A stretch of 64,000 nt of DNA, from positions 24,473,695-24,537,694 of the forward strand of contig NC_068989.1 in assembly GCF_001194135.2 (NCBI RefSeq), read 5' to 3'. The number at the start of each line of letters is the position of its first letter. Positions within the stretch are counted from its first letter, which is position 1. Position numbers and translations under genes: made by a program. The stretch is from Octopus bimaculoides. Taxonomy: Eukaryota. The notes under the pieces were generated by a model, which made no database searches, was not told where the DNA came from, and saw only the letters and a program-made list of their open reading frames with translations. Below, piece by piece: positions 13,723-26,630 of this stretch.

Positions 13723-14855
13723 CCTATTTTTATCCTATTTTGAATTTATTAATTATATATATCTACGTCGGGCTTCTTTCAGTTTCCATCTACCAAATCC
13801 ACTGACAAGCTTCGGTTGGCCTGAGGCTATAGTAGAAGACACTAGCCCAAGGTACAATGCAGTGGGACTGAACCCGGAATTATGTGGTTGGGAAGGAAGC
13901 TTCTTACCACTCCTCTGCCTAAAGAATTGTTTAAAAAATCATGGCAGACTTTAACCCTTTAATTGTGAAATTAACTTTCATGGTTATTCTTTTAATGATG
14001 TTAAATATCTATCAAAAACTAGAATTGATATTTTCTGCATTTGCTTCAATAAACTTGACACTAAATGACAATAAGAAAAACACAACAATAAAATATGTAT
14101 AACAATAAACAAAAAGACACAAAGCTAAACAGTTCCACAATTATTAAGAAAAAAAAAAAACTATAAGAAATGATATTCTTTAGCCCCAGGTTAATCCTAC
14201 CTGGGCATATCTTTGGTCAAAGGCATTTGATCATAATTCATTTAGTTTTGTTCATTGGAGTTATTGTTTTCAGACACAGTATATCTAGGATTGCGATAGT
14301 CAATGTGCTCTCATCTGTTTTGTCACCAGCTGATCCTTTTGTGCCTGAGTACGGAATATTTTGGCTCAGCTGCTTTGGCCCTGTCTATTTGGCATCACTG
14401 TTTCAATACTGTGCTTTCCAGAACCTTGGTACTGTGAAAATTTTGTCTTCATGCTAGTTGACTTCTAACTTGTTATCACAACTACTAAACTACTTGACTA
14501 CTAAAATTCTCTTTATGTATATGATAGCTGCTCAGATATTGATAAAATGGGGACAAGAAAAATTTTCTCTCAATGGATTTTTTGTATATCTTTGACAAAG
14601 CAGACCAGATTGTGAATTTAAATTTTGGTGCTGTGAACAGAAAAACCTGAGATAGAAAGCAAGAAAGAGGGAGGAAGGGAGAGAAAAAGAGGGAGGAAAG
14701 AATAGAGAGGGGGAGAAAAACAGTAAAATATATTACATGACCCCAATTGCAACAAATGCATCTCTCTCTCTCTCTCTCTCCTCACTCTCTCTCTCCCCAC
14801 TCTCTCTCTCTCCCCACTCTCTCGGTTTATGTGTTGTATTTTCTTTATGTGCATA

Positions 14856-15238
14856 GGCGCAGGAGTGGCTGTGTGGTAAGTAGCTTGCTTACCAACCACA
14901 TGGTTCCAGGTTCGTTCCCATTACGTGGCACCTTGGGCAAATGTTTCTACTATAGCCTCGGGGCGACCAAAGCCTTGTGAGTGGATTTGGTAGGCGGAAA
15001 CTGAAAGAAGCCCGTCATATATATGTATGTGTGTGTGTTTGTGTGTCTGTGTTTGTCCCCACCAACATCGCTTGACAACTGATGCTGGTGTGTTTACGTC
15101 CCTGTAACTTAGCAGTTTGGCAAAAGAGACCGATAGAATAAGTACTATGCTTACAAAGAATAAGTTCTGGGGTCGATTTGCTCGACTAAAGGCGGTGCTC
15201 CAGCATGGCCACAGTCAAATGACTGAAACAAGTAAAAG
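14856..15238 (+). mobile_element. Second tRNA-derived SINE family
   Basis: A/B-box-like head (GGCTGTGTGGTAAG...GGTTCGTTCCC). Further copies or fragments near 7780-7920, 8540-8710, 13440-13910, 32520-32690, 34750-34930, 43140-43315, 48800-48965 and 55820-55975. Confidence 0.8.
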
Positions 15239-15511
15239 NNNNNNNNNNNNNNNNNNNNNNNNNNNNNNNNNNNNNNNNNNNNNNNNNNNNNNNNNNNNNN
15301 NNNNNNNNNNNNNNNNNNNNNNNNNNNNNNNNNNNNNNNNNNNNNNNNNNNNNNNNNNNNNNNNNNNNNNNNNNNNNNNNNNNNNNNNNNNNNNNNNNNN
15401 NNNNNNNNNNNNNNNNNNNNNNNNNNNNNNNNNNNNNNNNNNNNNNNNNNNNNNNNNNNNNNNNNNNNNNNNNNNNNNNNNNNNNNNNNNNNNNNNNNNN
15501 NNNNNNNNNNN

Positions 15512-15650
15512 AGCAATCTTGCTCTTTCTCTTTCAATTTTTCTGAGTGAGCATATATGTAGCAATCTTGCTCTTTCTCTTTCAATTTTTCTGAGTGAGCA
15601 TATATGTAGCAATCTTGCACTTTCTCTTTCAATTTTTCTGAGTGAGCATA
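15512..15650. repeat. 48-bp minisatellite, at least 2.9 copies, adjacent to an N-gap
   Basis: Unit AGCAATCTTGCTCTTTCTCTTTCAATTTTTCTGAGTGAGCATATATGT starts at 15512, 15560 and 15608. Confidence 0.9.
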
Positions 15651-16188
15651 TGTTTCTTTCTGTGTATAAGGAGAGAAGGAGTGTTTATATCAGTCAAGTA
15701 CAATTGATACACTGGAATGTCTGTTTGTTCGTCTGCGCATATTTTTCTGTGTGTGTGTGTGTGTGTGTTTGTCTCCAGTGTCAAAGAGTATTGTCACCAA
15801 AAAAGCCATTCCAAAACAGATTCAATGTCCAGTGAGCCATTCCAAATCACCACCATCCAAACAGCTGTACTCAATCATCCAATTTCGAGGGTATCTTTAG
15901 TAAAGTCCACCCTGCTATAAGTAGAGAGTCTCTGCTTTGATACCAGCTTCCTTCTTTCATTCCATCAAACTCAGAGGCCTTGAGCAAGGTCATATAAGCT
16001 ACTTTTCCTCATGTAAAACAAGAAGGGAAATAAATGGAAGGGTGTGATTTGTGGGACACTTGACTGCTGTTACTAACAGATCAAGTAACTATGTATTGAA
16101 TATCTTATTGCTGTTGTTATTATAATAACCACAGGATAACCTTGATAACATTCAATCTGTGATTATACTGTCCTATATTTATTTGGTG

Positions 16189-16727
16189 GAATTCTGGTTT
16201 TAGCACTCCATATAACCCCTCATAGCATTTTTTATTTTTGGAAATTTTCAGAAAGCTTTTATGAATTTGTCTTCTACACATGGGAATTCATACAATTATG
16301 AAACACAAAAAAAGTATTTTTTTGTCTGTGATTTAAGGGCGATTTAGTTGTTGTTTTTAGCACATCTCATGACCACCTGATACCTTTTTTTTGTCAATCT
16401 GACATGTATTGATGCTTTTTAATATTTTTTGCTCCATAAACACATTTAATGGAATGAAGATGTACCCAAGGATGATCCATTGCTGGGATTTAAGTAAAAA
16501 AATTGGACTATCTCTATTTTACACTCTGATTTAAAACAAAATTTGAAAAAAAGTGGAAACTTTAGGATTTAAGGTGGGGGTGGGGATTAATAAAAAAAAA
16601 ACACATTTTTTTTTCATAATTGTATGAATTCCCATGTATAGAACACAAATTCGCAAAAAAATTCTGAAAATTCCAAAAAATAAAAAAAGTTATGAGGGAT
16701 TATATAGTATGCTTAGACAAGAATTCT
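16189..16727. mobile_element. MITE-like element with ~115-bp terminal inverted repeats
   Basis: 16189-16303 is an imperfect reverse complement of 16612-16727. Confidence 0.6.
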
Positions 16728-17154
16728 GCATTTTTGTTTTTTGCAAGCAATGTGCATTAAGGACTGCATTATCCAGTGTAAACTTCTCCTTTTTGTAGGG
16801 TTTGACTTGAAAGAGTTTTGGCTGCTATTTCTTGAAGATTGATAGAAACTCTCCTTATGGCTTCAATTTGTGCATGTTCCCAGGTCATGTCTACTTGAAG
16901 AGATATATATAATTGAAGACATTCCAGCCATGCCCTTTCTGGTTTAGTTTTATTAGAGTGTATCTAGGACCATATTATTTAATGCATTCTTTGTTTTTAA
17001 AATGGTAAGGAGTGACTGGTGATAGATTTGGCTGCTTTTTCTAGAAGCTTGTGGGACTGCATAGAAGATCCAGGCTCCCTTGTTGACTTTTGGGGCTAGC
17101 ACAAACAAGAAAAGAATTTACTGTTGCTAATAAACAAATTTACTGTTGTCTTAC

Positions 17155-17218
17155 CTTCAGGTTATCTAAATATATTAGACCGCAGAAAGAAGTCAAGCAA
17201 TTGTTTTCAAGGTTGATA
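17155..17218 (-). CDS. LRRC9: LRRC9 exon (INLENNCLTSFCGLIYLDNLK)
   Basis: ttcttcaacag| acceptor, AAG|gtaaga donor; phase 2 to 0. Near-identical to recalled '[21 protein letters not shown]'. Confidence 0.94.
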
Positions 17219-17287
17219 CTGTTGAAGAAAGAAACAATGATATATAACTATGTTTATCAGTATCAGTATATATTGTAAAGCTGAGTT

Positions 17288-17327
<40 letters not shown>

Positions 17328-18627
17328 GCATCTATAGAAATCCACACCTTACAAGATAGCAATCTGGGAGTCGCACCAATGGATTTCTCATGGTTGAAAA
17401 TGCCTGTAATCAGCCATTTATTATTTTTTTATTTGCTTCCAAAGAGGTGAATTTTTGCATTAAAAATAATTTTAAACCATAACTTCTAACAATTTTCAGG
17501 TCGGAGAAATACACCAGCATTCGCAAACATGAGTTAAGTCCCCTTCTAGTGACAGTGTAAAGAGAGAGAGAGAGAGAGAGATAACAGATTTTTAAAATTT
17601 CGTCTTTTTAGTGAGCTTTACACAATATAAATGATATTCTCCGTTTCTCCACAACTAATTTCCAAATTTGCTGAATCCATTGCTCTACTCATAGCGGCAT
17701 ATAGCTGGTCGTGTGTGAACATGGGGTAGAGCAGAAGTTACCAGAGCAAAGATCCTAAGTGTTGACTNNNNNNNNNNNNNNNNNNNNNNNNNNNNNNNNN
17801 NNNNNNNNNNNNNNNNNNNNNNNNNNNNNNNNNNNNNNNNNNNNNNNNNNNNNNNNNNNNNNNNNNNNNNNNNNNNNNNNNNNNNNNNNNNNNNNNNNNN
17901 NNNNNNNNNNNNNNNNNNNNNNNNNNNNNNNNNNNNNNNNNNNNNNNNNNNNNNNNNNNNNNNNNNNNNNNNNNNNNNNNNNNNNNNNNNNNNNNNNNNN
18001 NNNNNNNNNNNNNNNNNNNNNNNNNNNNNNNNNNNNNNNNNNNNNNNNNNNNNNNNNNNNNNNNNNNNNNNNNNNNNNNNNNNNNNNNNNNNNNNNNNNN
18101 NNNNNNNNNNNNNNNNNNNNNNNNNNNNNNNNNNNNNNNNNNNNNNNNNNNNNNNNNNNNNNNNNNNNNNNNNNNNNNNNNNNNNNNNNNNNNNNNNNNN
18201 NNNNNNNNNNNNNNNNNNNNNNNNNNNNNNNNNNNNNNNNNNNNNNNNNNNNNNNNNNNNNNNNNNNNNNNNNNNNNNNNNNNNNNNNNNNNNNNNNNNN
18301 NNNNNNNNNNNNNNNNNNNNNNNNNNNNNNNNNNNNNNNNNNNNNNNNNNNNNNNNNNNNNNNNNNNNNNNNNNNNNNNNNNNNNNNNNNNNNNNNNNNN
18401 NNNNNNNNNNNNNNNNNNNNNNNNNNNNNNNNNNNNNNNNNNNNNNNNNNTATATATATATATATATGTATGTATGTGTGTGTGTGTGTGTGTGTGTAAG
18501 TGTGATTACAATATCTGTAACTTAGTACTAGTCTTACAAAGAATAAATGCCAGGGTTGATTTGTTCAACTAAAGGTGGTGCTCCAGCATGGCTGTAGTCA
18601 AATGACTGAAACAAGAATATATATATA

Positions 18628-18937
18628 TCCAAATTGAGGGAGTAGAACAGCTAAAGTTCAGGCTACGTATGTTTCCTAGCAAGTAGATCCCCTGATGCAA
18701 TAATTCTTCAATGAGGGGTACTCAGCTAGCTCCTCATCAGGCCAAAGGTACCTTAATTATATGAAGGTTACAACTTATGATCCCTTAATGACAGTGTAAC
18801 CTTCATATAATTAAGGTATCTTCAGTCTGATGAGCAGCTAGCTGAGTACCCCTATTTGGGTAATTAATACATCAGAGGATCTGCTAGCTTAGAAACATGT
18901 AGGCTGGATTTTACTTGCTCCACTCCTTTAATTTGGA
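18628..18937. repeat. Foldback element (two ~144-bp arms, 22-nt spacer) with a hammerhead-like motif on each arm
   Basis: 18628-18772 is an imperfect reverse complement of 18795-18937. CTGATGAG at 18827 and GAAACATGTA at 18892 on plus; the reverse-complement core lies at 18733-18740 and 18672-18675. Confidence 0.85.
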
Positions 18938-18999
18938 TTTTTATTTGCATTTGTAGCAGCTCAAGTTGCTAATGATAAGCTATAAAAAATTTTTTCAGC

Positions 19000-19500
19000 T
19001 TATCGAACTTCGATATGGGAAAAGCCTAAAACCTTCGATGCCAATAAATTATTATTGTTCCTGAACATCGTTTTTTATACCTACCACAGACTGTAAGGGT
19101 ATAACAATTTCTTGTACAATCTGATTAACACTATGATTAGACCTTATCCTACTCTGCCAGATATTTTAAGCATTCCAACAGTAATTCCTGATGGAGCAGG
19201 GACTTTCTCTGCCTTCATATCCTTAATTGCTTTATCTAACATACTGCTGTCTACTACAATGGCTGGTTCTTCTGTTGGGTTCACATTGGGAAAACTGTTT
19301 TGCGCCCATACATACCTTTCATAGTACCACGTCCATGCCTCTTTCTTTTACAGAATTACTAAGTGCAAGCCTACCTTTATTCATTCGTTCACACTTCTTC
19401 TCTCCCACAACATCTTGGTTCTCTGATTCTCTGTCCTGTCATGCAATCCTGAACATGGCATATCTCTGATCATCATGCTTCACATTAACAAACCTCTTAC
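19000..19500 (-). mobile_element. Decayed RTE-like LINE fragment (region upstream of RT)
   Basis: The minus frame yields a 'AIKDMK.EK.PAPSGI..GMLK'-like segment typical of the KAPGPSGI RT-proximal motif. Confidence 0.55.
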
Positions 19501-20975
19501 TTTCTGCTTTTCCCTTTGCTAAGTAAAACTGTCACCTATTTTCTCTCCTGGCAGCCTAATAGAATTCTCTGCTGCCCCATTTTTTCAGTATTTCCAAACT
19601 TGGCTCTTTGTTTTTATGACTCTGTCTACTTCACTGTTCCGTCACCAAGTCACATTTGGTCTGGCTGGAACTGCACCAGCCACAAATTTGATCTGTAGCC
19701 CTCAGTAGGCTGTCCCACAGGAACTTCAAGCTATTCACTATGTTATACGTCTGTTTCTCCTTATCAACCACTGTGTAGCAGAGACATGATTATCATTCAA
19801 CCGATTAGGCTTAGATACCCTCATTTTGGCTCATTACACTGGTTTTCTACAAGTGGTCACATGACCTGGTCATGTAATGTGTTATACATTGATTGAGTTC
19901 TTCTGGCTTTATATGGGCTCTCATCCCATAATGTGACAGACCAGTTGAGCACAGGCAACTCTATGTTAGTACACTGGAGCCTACCATCAGCTTTATAAGG
20001 AGGAACCTTTTCTGCTATTCTTCAGTGAGGTGGGATAGGTGGTTGAGTTCAGATCTCAGCAGAGAGGAAGTTTATTTCGTAGGTAGCCTCAGGTAACCTT
20101 GACGTGTTAAATCTGTTCCTGTCTTCTAGCAGAAGCCATGTTACATATTTGTTTTCTTGTTCTATCCAAGTAACAGCTGCATGAGAAACTAATATGTATA
20201 TTTTCTGACAGTATCAGTCAAAATGTATTTCAACAATTTTGTTGTGTTAATGCTCTTTAATAGGTCGAATAAATTGTTGCATTTAATCCTACCTGGTTTT
20301 CTCATTCTTCCTTTATCTACATACATACAGTATATTGGAACTCAAACCAGCTAAATTCTTCAACCAACCATCCTGTTAAAGATGTTTCAACAAGTAATTG
20401 TCTAAATTTCTCACTATTCACTGGATCTTTAAGCTCCCATAACTTCCTTTGTCTAGACTGGTTATTTTGTCTCTGAGTCCTTTTAGTTCTAAGTCTGAAG
20501 TTGCTAACCACTAACCTATTTTGGGGGTGTAAATTCTTCATGAGAGAAGGACTTTACATTTACAATTATCTGTCAATCCTGTTTACTACTGAGCATATTA
20601 TCAAGTTTGTGTGGCCACCAGATTGATAGGTGATCAGGCGACTGGTTGGTTTCTTGAAATCAGTGCAGTAAATCATCAAACCATTTGCATTGCAGAACTC
20701 CCAAGCCTTGTTCTCTCCTATTTCTAAGACTAAAACCAAGCCTTAGTTTCCATATACGCTACGGAATCCATCAGATGGAACAAAACCATAACCTCATGTG
20801 TGTGTGTGTGTGTGTGTGTGTTAGTATTGAAAGTGATGCTGTTTGTGATAGGGTGATGATGATTGTGGTGATAATGATGATAAATGTGAAGGCAATGATG
20901 GCAATTATGATGATGTTGATAATGGTAAACAGAATAGAATAAGATAAAAGAGTTTTAACATCAAGTGAAGAATTT

Positions 20976-21008
<33 letters not shown>

Positions 21009-21026
21009 GTATGGTGAAGAGGTCAC

Positions 21027-21199
21027 CTGGTCAAGTTACATAGGGTATCAGCAAAGCCAAGCACTACTGTACGTATACTAGAATTGGGTAAATTCAGTTC
21101 CTGTAATTCGTTGCTTATTGAACCAAAACGTTCAGTGATCAAATCCAGAGTGAGACATCCTCCAAAAATGTCCTTTGCAGCAGACACCTGGGATGAATC
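21027..21199 (-). CDS. LRRC9: LRRC9 exon (DSSQVSAAKDIFGGCLTLDLITERFGSISNELQELNLPNSSIRTVVLGFADTLCNLT)
   Basis: ttccttgttag| acceptor, AG|gtgacc donor; phase 0 to 2. Close to the recalled LRRC9 signature 'AKDLFGGRLTSDMIAER'. Confidence 0.93.
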
Positions 21200-21570
21200 C
21201 TAACAAGGAATAAGAAAGAAAAAAACGTTTAACAAAAGAAAAAAAAACCCAACAAATAAACAGTTAAATTATTGTGTGGTGTAACATTTACAGTGATATG
21301 ATTGGCTAATATTGTTTAGTAAACCACCATGACAACGATGACCACTACCACCACCACCACCACCACCACCACCACCAAATTTCATGAACGAAATTAGTGC
21401 TTCTATGTAGTTGCTGGAAATAGCAGTTAAATCTCTTTCACACACACACACACACACACATATAATATATATGTATATATATATACGCTATATCCAGTAA
21501 ATTATCCAGTAATTTTTTGCTAGTTTATTTTGTCTTCGTCTTCGAAAATGGGTGTTAAATGATAATAATG

Positions 21571-21613
<43 letters not shown>

Positions 21614-21736
21614 AACATAAACATACATACATACAGATATCATCATCATCATCATCATCATCGTTTAACGTCCGCTTTAAACGATGATGATGATGATGAT
21701 GATATCTGTATGTATGTATGTTTATGTTTGTGTGTG

Positions 21737-21810
<74 letters not shown>

Positions 21811-22452
21811 ATTATTATCATTTAACACCCATTTTCCATGCTGGCATGGGTTAAACAATTTGACTGGAACTGATTAGCTGGAGAGCCACACCAGGTTCTA
21901 ATGTGATTTGGCACTGTTTCTATGGCTGGATGCGCTTCCTAATGCCAACCACTCAGAGATGGCACCCATGCCACTGGCATGGTGCCAGTTGCGTGACACT
22001 AGTATCTGCCACAACTATGATTTCATTTGGCTCAATGAGTCTTCTACCCAAGCACAGCATATTGGTAAAGGTCTCAGTCGTTTGTCATTGCCTCCGCAAG
22101 GCCCAATGCTCAAAAGGTGCTTTTTATGAGCCACTGGTACAGGTGCTAGTTACGTGACACCAGCATCGGCCACAACTACAATTTCACTTGGGTTGATGGG
22201 TCCTCTCAAAACATATCGCCAAAGCATATGGTATGGCATATCACCAAAGGTCTCAGTCACTAGTCATTGCCTCTGTGAAGCCCAACGTTCAAAGATTATA
22301 TATCTTGGGGTAGACATTTACCTGGCTGGCTCCTGTCAACCGTTCTATTTATGCACACATGGAAGATAGGACATTAAAAGATTATGATGATGACACACAT
22401 ACACTCAGATATAATTATATATATATATATATATACACACACACATATATGT

Positions 22453-23235
22453 GTGGTCTGATCAATAAGTATCCAGACTGTTACCACAGTAACGAAGCTA
22501 ATGCATGCAGAGTGAAGCCACTTGGCACAGATTGACCTTGAACTCTGCTGTGTATGTGCTCTAAGTTTTAATATTCTAGCTCACTTCCACTGTTTACAGC
22601 AGTTCTTGGAAGGAAGGTGTGTAGTGTGTGATTGTTGCATTGACCACGACAAAGTTGAGCAGAGAATCTGCATCAAATTTTGGCTAAAGCTTGGCAATAC
22701 CTGCTCAGAGGCCTACGCAAAGTTTCCAAAAAGTTTTCATTCTCGACACAATCAAGGAGATCTTGTGCAACTGAAACACGAGTGTCTTTTTCATCAGCTG
22801 AATCTGCACATCCCCTGATAATTCATGGACGGTGATTTGGAGATTTCTCCTCCCAGCAGCACACACATCTGCTGGTTGCAGGTCTCCCAGAATGCTTGTC
22901 ACTATCAACATTTTTTCGGCCATCTTGGAAACATCTGAACCACTCGTACACTTGTGTGCGGCTCATACACTCCTCTCTATACACTTTTTGCAACTTTGCA
23001 TAGACCTTTGAGCAGGTATCACCATGACCACTTTCTCTGTCATGGTCAATGCGATGATCACATGCTACACACCTTCCTTCCAAGCACTGCTGTAAACAGC
23101 AAAAGTGAGCTAAAATGTTCAAACTTAGTGCGCATGCACAGCAGGGTTCAAGGTCAATCTTTGCCAAGCAGCTTCATTCTGTGTGCTTTAGCTTTGTTGC
23201 TATGGCAACAGTCCAGATATTTATTGATCAGATCT

Positions 23236-23236
<1 letters not shown>
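22453..23236. mobile_element. Mariner derivative made of two inverted 5' halves
   Basis: TIRs GGTCTGATCAATAAGTATCCAGACTG at both ends. Plus frame 'EQRICIKFWLKLGNTCSEAYAK'; minus frame 'TCSKVYAKLQKVYREECMSRTQVYEWFRCFQDGRKNVDSDKHSGRP' (mariner HTH). Confidence 0.85.
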
Positions 23237-23266
<30 letters not shown>

Positions 23267-25355
23267 CAGGGATGTGCCACGTAGGTAGGCAAGGTAGTCA
23301 GTGCCTTCCTTGAATAAAATAGATCGATAGCAACATTTTCCTTTTATGGCAAAATATGTACCTAATTCAATAAAATCATGAAGGTTATTCTGATTACTAT
23401 ACATAAAATGTAATATATTTGTTTTGTAGATTAGGTAGACATAATTCACACCTGCTTTTCAATCTCAGTATTTAAGCTACACATAGTACTGCTGTAGTAG
23501 ATATGCTGTGTACATTCCTACAACAATGTTTTCTTTACGTGCTATAAAGGCAGAAGTAAATCTGCCTTCAACTCAGTCACGGGCCTGTATTTCGCTTATT
23601 TTTTGTGTGTTTTCCTGCATAAAGGTTACCAACTGCCTACTGTGAGTAATTACAGACAGCACGTGCCTGATAATATAATGTATATAATATATATATATAT
23701 ANNNNNNNNNNNNNNNNNNNNNNNNNNNNNNNNNNNNNNNNNNNNNNNNNNNNNNNNNNNNNNNNNNNNNNNNNNNNNNNNNNNNNNNNNNNNNNNNNNN
23801 NNNNNNNNNNNNNNNNNNNNNNNNNNNNNNNNNNNNNNNNNNNNNNNNNNNNNNNNNNNNNNNNNNNNNNNNNNNNNNNNNNNNNNNNNNNNNNNNNNNN
23901 NNNNNNNNNNNNNNNNNNNNNNNNNNNNNNNNNNNNNNNNNNNNNNNNNNNNNNNNNNNNNNNNNNNNNNNNNNNNNNNNNNNNNNNNNNNNNNNNNNNN
24001 NNNNNNNNNNNNNNNNNNNNNNNNNNNNNNNNNNNNNNNNNNNNNNNNNNNNNNNNNNNNNNNNNNNNNNNNNNNNNNNNNNNNNNNNNNNNNNNNNNNN
24101 NNNNNNNNNNNNNNNNNNNNNNNNNNNNNNNNNNNNNNNNNNNNNNNNNNNNNNNNNNNNNNNNNNNNNNNNNNNNNNNNNNNNNNNNNNNNNNNNNNNN
24201 NNNNNNNNNNNNNNNNNNNNNNNNNNNNNNNNNNNNNNNNNNNNNNNNNNNNNNNNNNNNNNNNNNNNNNNNNNNATATATATACATTCTCATCTCTGCT
24301 TCTTCCTCCTTGTTATCTATTTAATTAAAGACATACCAGCGAAAACAACGAGTTTCCCATTGTTATTATATCCATTTTCTTCTCCTATACACACACACAC
24401 GCACACACACACATGCGCACTCACACATGCCCATATAGCCAGCCATACACACACACACACACAACCCCGCATCTTTATAGTTATATAAAATATAAAGATT
24501 ATATAAAATGCAAGAGATACAAATAATATGACATGAAGCAATAATATAAAGACAAAAAAAAAATTGAATTCTAAATTACCTAGAGCATAATAAAATATGC
24601 ATTATCATACTCAAATAATAGGTATGGGTGCACCTCTTGCTGCACAGAATAAGAGGAAATTCTTAAAAGTCCAGGTAATATCCTTTATAAGTTCCATGAA
24701 CTGATGAGAATGGAATGCTTATATAGCCTTAGAAACACATTTTTTAGGAAGACATTAGTTAATTAATTCCCTTCAGACAACTTTCTGTAACTTTTTTCAT
24801 CCATACCCTCTAATGTAGTTGGCATTGTAGTAGTCCACTACATCTTTATTCTATAAATAGTGAAATATATGATAGCCCAGTATATGGTTTCCAAACTCTA
24901 TGTCTGTGACTTATTAGGATCTTTGTCTTGCAAGTTACTTGGTGACCCTACTAGTGTTGGTGCCAAGCAAAAAACATCCAGTCCACACTGTAAAGTGTTT
25001 GGCATTTGGAAGGGCATCCAGCTGTAAAAACCATGCCAAAACTGACTTCACCTGTGTTGGTGCCACATAAAAAGCACTCTGTCCATGCTACTGGGTGGTT
25101 GGTGACAGGAAGGGCATCTAGCTGTAAAAACCATGCCAAACAGACACAGAAGACTAGTGCAGTCTTCTGCCTGACCAGCTTCTGTCACTCTCCAACCTGT
25201 GCCAGGTTGGATGGAAGGCAGACATTAAACAATGATGATGATGATTATTATCCTTGTGTTAATGCTTGATTTTATATCATTTGGATTATATCTCTCTATA
25301 TTTTAGATTATAAAGATGTGGGTGGCTATATAGGTGTATGTGTGTGTGTGTGCTT

Positions 25356-25387
<32 letters not shown>

Positions 25388-25554
25388 TGTGTGTGCATGT
25401 GTATGTGCATGTGTGCGCATGTTTGTGTGTGTATGTGTGCATGAGTGCGTGTGTGTGTGTGTGTGTGTGTGTATCGATAAGTAAGAATGTGGTGTAAATG
25501 CATAAGCATGATGTGTAAATATATGAATGCTTATATAGAGAAATATAAAAGTAA

Positions 25555-25597
<43 letters not shown>

Positions 25598-26205
25598 NNN
25601 NNNNNNNNNNNNNNNNNNNNNNNNNNNNNNNNNNNNNNNNNNNNNNNNNNNNNNNNNNNNNNNNNNNNNNNNNNNNNNNNNNNNNNNNNNNNNNNNNNNN
25701 NNNNNNNNNNNNNNNNNNNNNNNNNNNNNNNNNNNNNNNNNNNNNNNNNNNNNNNNNNNNNNNNNNNNNNNNNNNNNNNNNNNNNNNNNNNNNNNNNNNN
25801 NNNNNNNNNNNNNNNNNNNNNNNNNNNNNNNNNNNNNNNNNNNNNNNNNNNNNNNNNNNNNNNNNNNNNNNNNNNNNNNNNNNNNNNNNNNNNNNNNNNN
25901 NNNNNNNNNNNNNNNNNNNNNNNNNNNNNNNNNNNNNNNNNNNNNNNNNNNNNNNNNNNNNNNNNNNNNNNNNNNNNNNNNNNNNNNNNNNNNNNNNNNN
26001 NNNNNNNNNNNNNNNNNNNNNNNNNNNNNNNNNNNNNNNNNNNNNNNNNNNNNNNNNNNNNNNNNNNNNNNNNNNNNNNNNNNNNNNNNNNNNNNNNNNN
26101 NNNNNNNNNNNNNNNNNNNNNNNNNNNNNNNNNNNNNNNNNNNNNNNNNNNNNNNNNNNNNNNNNNNNNNNNNNNNNNNNNNNNNNNNNNNNNNNNNNNN
26201 NNNNN

Positions 26206-26261
<56 letters not shown>

Positions 26262-26262
<1 letters not shown>

Positions 26263-26630
26263 TATGGGTACAGGACATCACAAAATGTAAACAACACAAA
26301 ATACAAAAGCAACATGAATTATGAAATATGAAGGCAAACTTGGGTATGCAAACAAAGAGAAACAAATGGAAAACAAGACAAGTAACATAAAGAACGACCC
26401 TTCATCAGTTGTTAGCTGTTCTTCTAGTCCTGCTCGAAATGTAGAGTAGTTGAACAGCCAACAACTGATGAAGGGTTGTTCTTTATGTTACTTGTCTTGT
26501 TTTCCATTTTTTCTCTTGTTATTTGCATACCCAAGTTTGCTTTCGTATTTCATGTTGTTTCCGTATTTTGTAATTCATATCGTTTTCGTATTTCATGTTG
26601 TTTATGTGTTGTGACGTCCCGTACTCATAT
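26262..26630. repeat. Foldback element (~160-180-bp arms, 30-nt spacer) in (TA)n context
   Basis: 26262-26421 is an imperfect reverse complement of 26452-26630; CTGATGA on both arms. Confidence 0.85.

Noticed and set aside
20317-20541. 74-aa minus ORF as a possible LRRC9 exon
   Set aside because: 'RKLWELKDP' resembles a LINE endonuclease-RT linker, and the exons at 21027 and 17218 already join in frame.
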